Below, one piece after another: positions 62,301 through 64,000 of a stretch of 64,000 nucleotides of DNA (its first letter is position 1; each line of letters starts with the position of its first letter). The notes below the pieces were generated by a model. That model made no database searches and was not told where the DNA came from. It was given only the letters and a program-made list of their open reading frames with translations. The translations under genes and the position numbers were made by a program. Origin of the DNA: Antedon mediterranea (lineage: Eukaryota; Animalia; Echinodermata); assembly GCF_964355755.1 (NCBI RefSeq), contig NC_092679.1:22985432-23049431 (forward strand). The letters run 5' to 3'.

Positions 62301-62600
62301 ATGACCAATACGGCAGATAATTGAAAGTGGTATAACTAGTAAGACTAGGCCCTAAATTACGGGATAAAACTCAATCTGGGTTTCCAGTCAAAACGGCAGA
62401 CCTAGAATACCTAAAAATTGTTTTGACTTAAGCATCTAATAATTATCATTTCTCACCGTCTACGTATGGTGCTGTACAACTTCTTCCACACCCGTTAAAA
62501 CAACACTTAAACTCTTCTTTGCAGTCGTTATCAAATGAACAATCCAATTCACAACTGGCTTCACTTGCATTTTTTGGTAAAGGGCACTCTAAATGTTCAC
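44335..62600 (-). CDS. Multi-domain type I membrane protein (WAP, thyroglobulin-1 x4, antistasin, Cys-rich repeats, Gly-rich/collagen-like insert, SEA-like, TM, short tail); 5' end not found in window
   Basis: WAP 62457-62600 (CSFDNDCKEEFKCCFNGCGRSC). Degenerate TY ~60639-60878. Antistasin ~57879-57988 (CNLECKYGYARDYSGCKLCQC). Cys repeats at ~57445-57722, 51280-51438, 49020-49190 and 48020-48217. TY domains with QC..CWCVD at 52035-52420, 49511-50908 and 46951-47158. SEA-like GSIKVDF 45622-46438. TM GVVCAVIGVLIALIIFLLVL ~44955-45020. Stop at 44335-44337. Confidence 0.85.
45341..45615. mobile_element. MITE family B (GCTTGGTTCxCACT TIR) with 5' end amplified as 65-bp tandem units; related copies ~63424-63548 and ~29953-30110
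   Basis: Units start at 45341, 45406 and 45471. Right TIR CTAGTGGGAACCAAGC. Internal TTGACCAAT..ATTGGTCAA palindrome. Confidence 0.7.
46795..46810 (-). other. 16-nt micro-exon of the TY/SEA membrane-protein gene
   Basis: tttcag|AAAACATGCGGGTAAA|gtaagt is needed to link the phase-1 donor at 46951 to the phase-2 acceptor at 46438, giving C-QNMRVKGIDVALKFE. Confidence 0.75.
47471..47830 (+). mobile_element. tRNA-derived SINE with Deu/Nin-like core, full length
   Basis: A box TGGCCGAGCGG, B box GGTTCGAGGCC, core CGGATAAGGACTATAAACCG..TTAAAGAACCC..TTCGAAAAGAGTAGGGG..CCCGGTG, A-rich tail. Confidence 0.8.
53021..55969 (-). CDS. LINE ORF2: APE endonuclease + reverse transcriptase (982 aa from ATG 55969)
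   Basis: APE motifs HLNARSI, VSETWL, GGGVSIY, LGDFN, IDLI, SDH. RT motifs YRPIS, FLDISKCFDTIDH, GVPQGSVLGP, FADD, YLGV. Confidence 0.95.
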   Translation of the reverse strand: MESEEETKEETEEDTDKDTDKETIEDATIAANPDTYRSSVETVIGLKNLIDKLSNCKGLKLAHLNARSIINKIDEFRIIALKAKIDVLCVSETWLHEGISDGFVDIDGYNMIRKDRSGKKGGGVSIYIKNTISYKERSDLYVNDLEAVWLELLGQKSQNILICCLYRPPNANYEYFNLIIDLLEKVSMENTEIVLLGDFNIDYVLNENLSKNPINMIENMFVMTQLIHDKTRVTSHSSSCIDLILTTIPDQHYLSGVAKIALSDHFMVYSCLKFKEKEAKHKTIYYRDYKNFDEGAFLHDISHSQKLQNIHNINNVDNAWGTFKNCFLNLSNKHGPIKNSRIKNRFSPWITPEIIKLMYKRDYTKSKVNVNNPGLKTEYRRLRNLVNTNIKKAKYNYFNNVNIKYKNNPKKMWNELNKLTGKTKSNISKTIDCEHFNEYFTNIGVKMAQPFDDTLPSWNNPPSEYSFNFINVDVNTIKRKLYNLPEKKLDVLDFDSKLLRLAAPYIAYPLCHIVNLSLMSGLVPADWKVARTTPIYKGKGSKDSMSNYRPISVVAHIAKIIERVVQEQIISFLSLFDLINIDQFAFLKNHSTVTCLHRVVDDWLESFNDSEVVGACFLDISKCFDTIDHSILLFKLYKYGFHKNVVYWFSNYLKNRKQFVYCNNNKSTLKEINIGVPQGSVLGPILFLIFINDISQSIVNGTCSVFADDVVVYTSGDTAKIVNDSLQIIIDNIGKWYDDNHLSINTEKTKVMLLRNNHTADSNDLNIQIGTSKLEQVDSIRYLGVVIDEMLTWKQNTQCISKNIGYKITMLGKMASSLSKPLLETLYISTIQPCSDYAITVWGNTTELNKNILKRHQKRAARIVTNNFDYINVRGDNIIQNLSWQTLEEKRDFSLACLMYKCVYGLAPIRLVNEIELIRDIHTHLTRGVENLNVTIPKYTLSKMNSSFKVAGAKIWNNLPINIKSAPTITSFKARYKSHFFS
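55830..56858 (-). CDS. LINE ORF1: PHD finger + coiled coil + SGNH esterase + CCHC knuckle (342 aa from ATG 56858)
   Basis: CCICGHWFHTKC..WPCYNC (PHD); IGDSL, GTND and DGLHL (SGNH blocks); CYNCGQSGHISKFC. Confidence 0.9.
   Translation of the reverse strand: MPSTGKIKKPDQPDKICTSGCPLKGKPQGDSIRCCICGHWFHTKCLKLSDDEVTGVWPCYNCRSMPTEVTRILEIVESMAKVNENQVQKIIELEKKIDHLTQIVKDLKYENTENDLNAEEQKQNVGKLLIGDSLIKNIVTTSDFMEIKSISGADLQKIKECLTTKEAVEEINIVCGTNDIASDKSIDEITELLTDVIKVAKEKANKVKIASIPPRLDRNHDPMKLETVNNIMKTVTEDSNVIFVNNDDNFKYRDNTFESTLLSSDGLHLSETGVKRLLSNLQLENWTECDTFFRRQNGIGRGNERGNGRGYRQGYRQGNNRRCYNCGQSGHISKFCRNSYWA
58428..59969 (+). CDS. STMND1: Stathmin domain-containing protein (STMND1-like), 5 exons, 326 aa, nested antisense in an intron
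   Basis: Exons 58428-58580, 58736-58835, 58967-59253, 59421-59558 and 59667-59969 splice in frame. MGLCLSK lipidation-type N-terminus; KSTFQILEELRMSGVI..NGCSFDI..PRSLSRL..KLTAAEERRK and a second AAEERR match the STMND1/stathmin pattern. Confidence 0.75.
61889..62168 (-). mobile_element. 5'-truncated copy of the Deu-like SINE, inverted relative to 47471-47830
   Basis: Reverse complement is near-identical to 47540-47810. Confidence 0.85.
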
Positions 62601-64000
62601 CTGCAAAAAGTAAATTGCATAAAACTAATCTATTTTCATTTATTCGTAGCCTATAATTCATTATTCTTATGACACTGAAAATAAGAATACGCTTGCTTTG
62701 TATATCATAGAAAATGGAAATACGGTATTTTGAATGATGTCCCAAACTCCACCCCCTTTTTAGATCCACATTGATGTAATGGGTTTAACTGGATACATTG
62801 TACCATTCTCATAAACATGCTAAATAGCATAATATCTTTATATTTTTTCTTTGTATTTAAGTAGTAGGTTATAACCGTAATGTTTTAAATTATTTAAAAT
62901 CTTTGCTATCTGAACTTTTTAATGTTGCATATAAGTGGTCCGTAAAACCAAACTTTTTTAAAAGTAGGTGTGTCAATATTAATGTCAACAGTATAACTGA
63001 AAGAATGCGTTACCGGAAAGTTTTCATAAATCGTTATGTTGCCATTAGATTCCCAATTATAGCTATTAATCAATCAAGGTACAGTAACTTAACATTTTTA
63101 CTAATTCAAACCAATTGATAATCTTTGTAAATTATAATAACATCCGGGGTCTTAAACTGACGTAATAAGTCACAGAAGGCCGAACAATGTATTTCTATGA
63201 TAATGTGTTGATGGTACTTTAAATACACTTGACCAAGTTTTGTTTGTTCAAGTTTCTAGATCTATATTGTATTTCTTGGCTCATTACCTGAGTATACTTC
63301 TATCCTACTATATCATTTGGTAGGTAAAATATTAATTTTTAATTTTGTTAATTGCTTAACCAACAATTTCAACCTTTTGTGTTATTCTTTTCTGTTTAAC
63401 ATCAACAGATATAATTAAACTTAAGCGTGGTTCCTACTAGAGACGGAACGGAAAGGCAACGCAAGCGAGTTGACCAATAACAAGCGACAGTTCGAATAAT
63501 TGCTTAATTGTGATTGGTCAAATCTTACGTCTCTGGATGGAACTATGCATAAACATTATTACATACCGAATATGCCAACGTAAAACAGGAACAGAATAAA
63601 TATTGACCTCATCGTCATTACTGCTGGAAAAACAATGTTGTGTACGATTACAAAAGTTGTATTCTGCTCATAGTTTGGTTTAAAGCAAAAACTGTTTTAA
63701 AAACAAATTTATTTTACTGTAAAGAGATTGGTATAAAATGCAATCGTCTCCCTTTGTGTGAAGCTGTAGAGTCGATTGTTAAATCATCATCATTTAAAGA
63801 CAGGTTACAACTTTTAATCTATTTACAAGTTGTTCTTATTAATATGCAGAAACGTTTTGGTATTAGATTAGAGTGAAGAAAACATAGTTTTATTTCTAAA
63901 AGTTACCTTTATTTTAATCTAAACCGAGTCATCGACACTTAGGCCTACAGACTGGTAGAAACTTAGATACAAATTATAATTAAATGAAGTAAAATAAAAT

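Overview
AT-rich, intron-rich animal (invertebrate, probably deuterostome-like) genomic DNA; not prokaryotic. I assembled the gene models by hand from splice signals and protein similarity remembered for known families. Left to right: TADA2B (-, no SWIRM exon found) head-to-head with MED17 (+); DTD2/ATD (-) head-to-head with XPO5 (+, with an AT-AC U12 intron); a spliced, ORF-intact gene derived from a Mutator-like transposase that looks catalytically dead and carries a 14x16-aa repeat (-); and a 5'-incomplete WAP/thyroglobulin-1/antistasin/SEA-like single-pass membrane protein gene (-). The introns of that last gene hold an apparently intact CR1/L2-group LINE and an antisense nested STMND1-like gene. 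Mobile DNA also includes a 1-kb TTAA-flanked Kolobok-type element with a P2X7-like remnant, tRNA- and 5S-headed SINEs, and several MITEs. The best novelty candidates are the putative domesticated MULE gene and a thyroglobulin-1 domain split by a ~260-aa Gly-rich/collagen-like insert containing two basic convertase-type sites.
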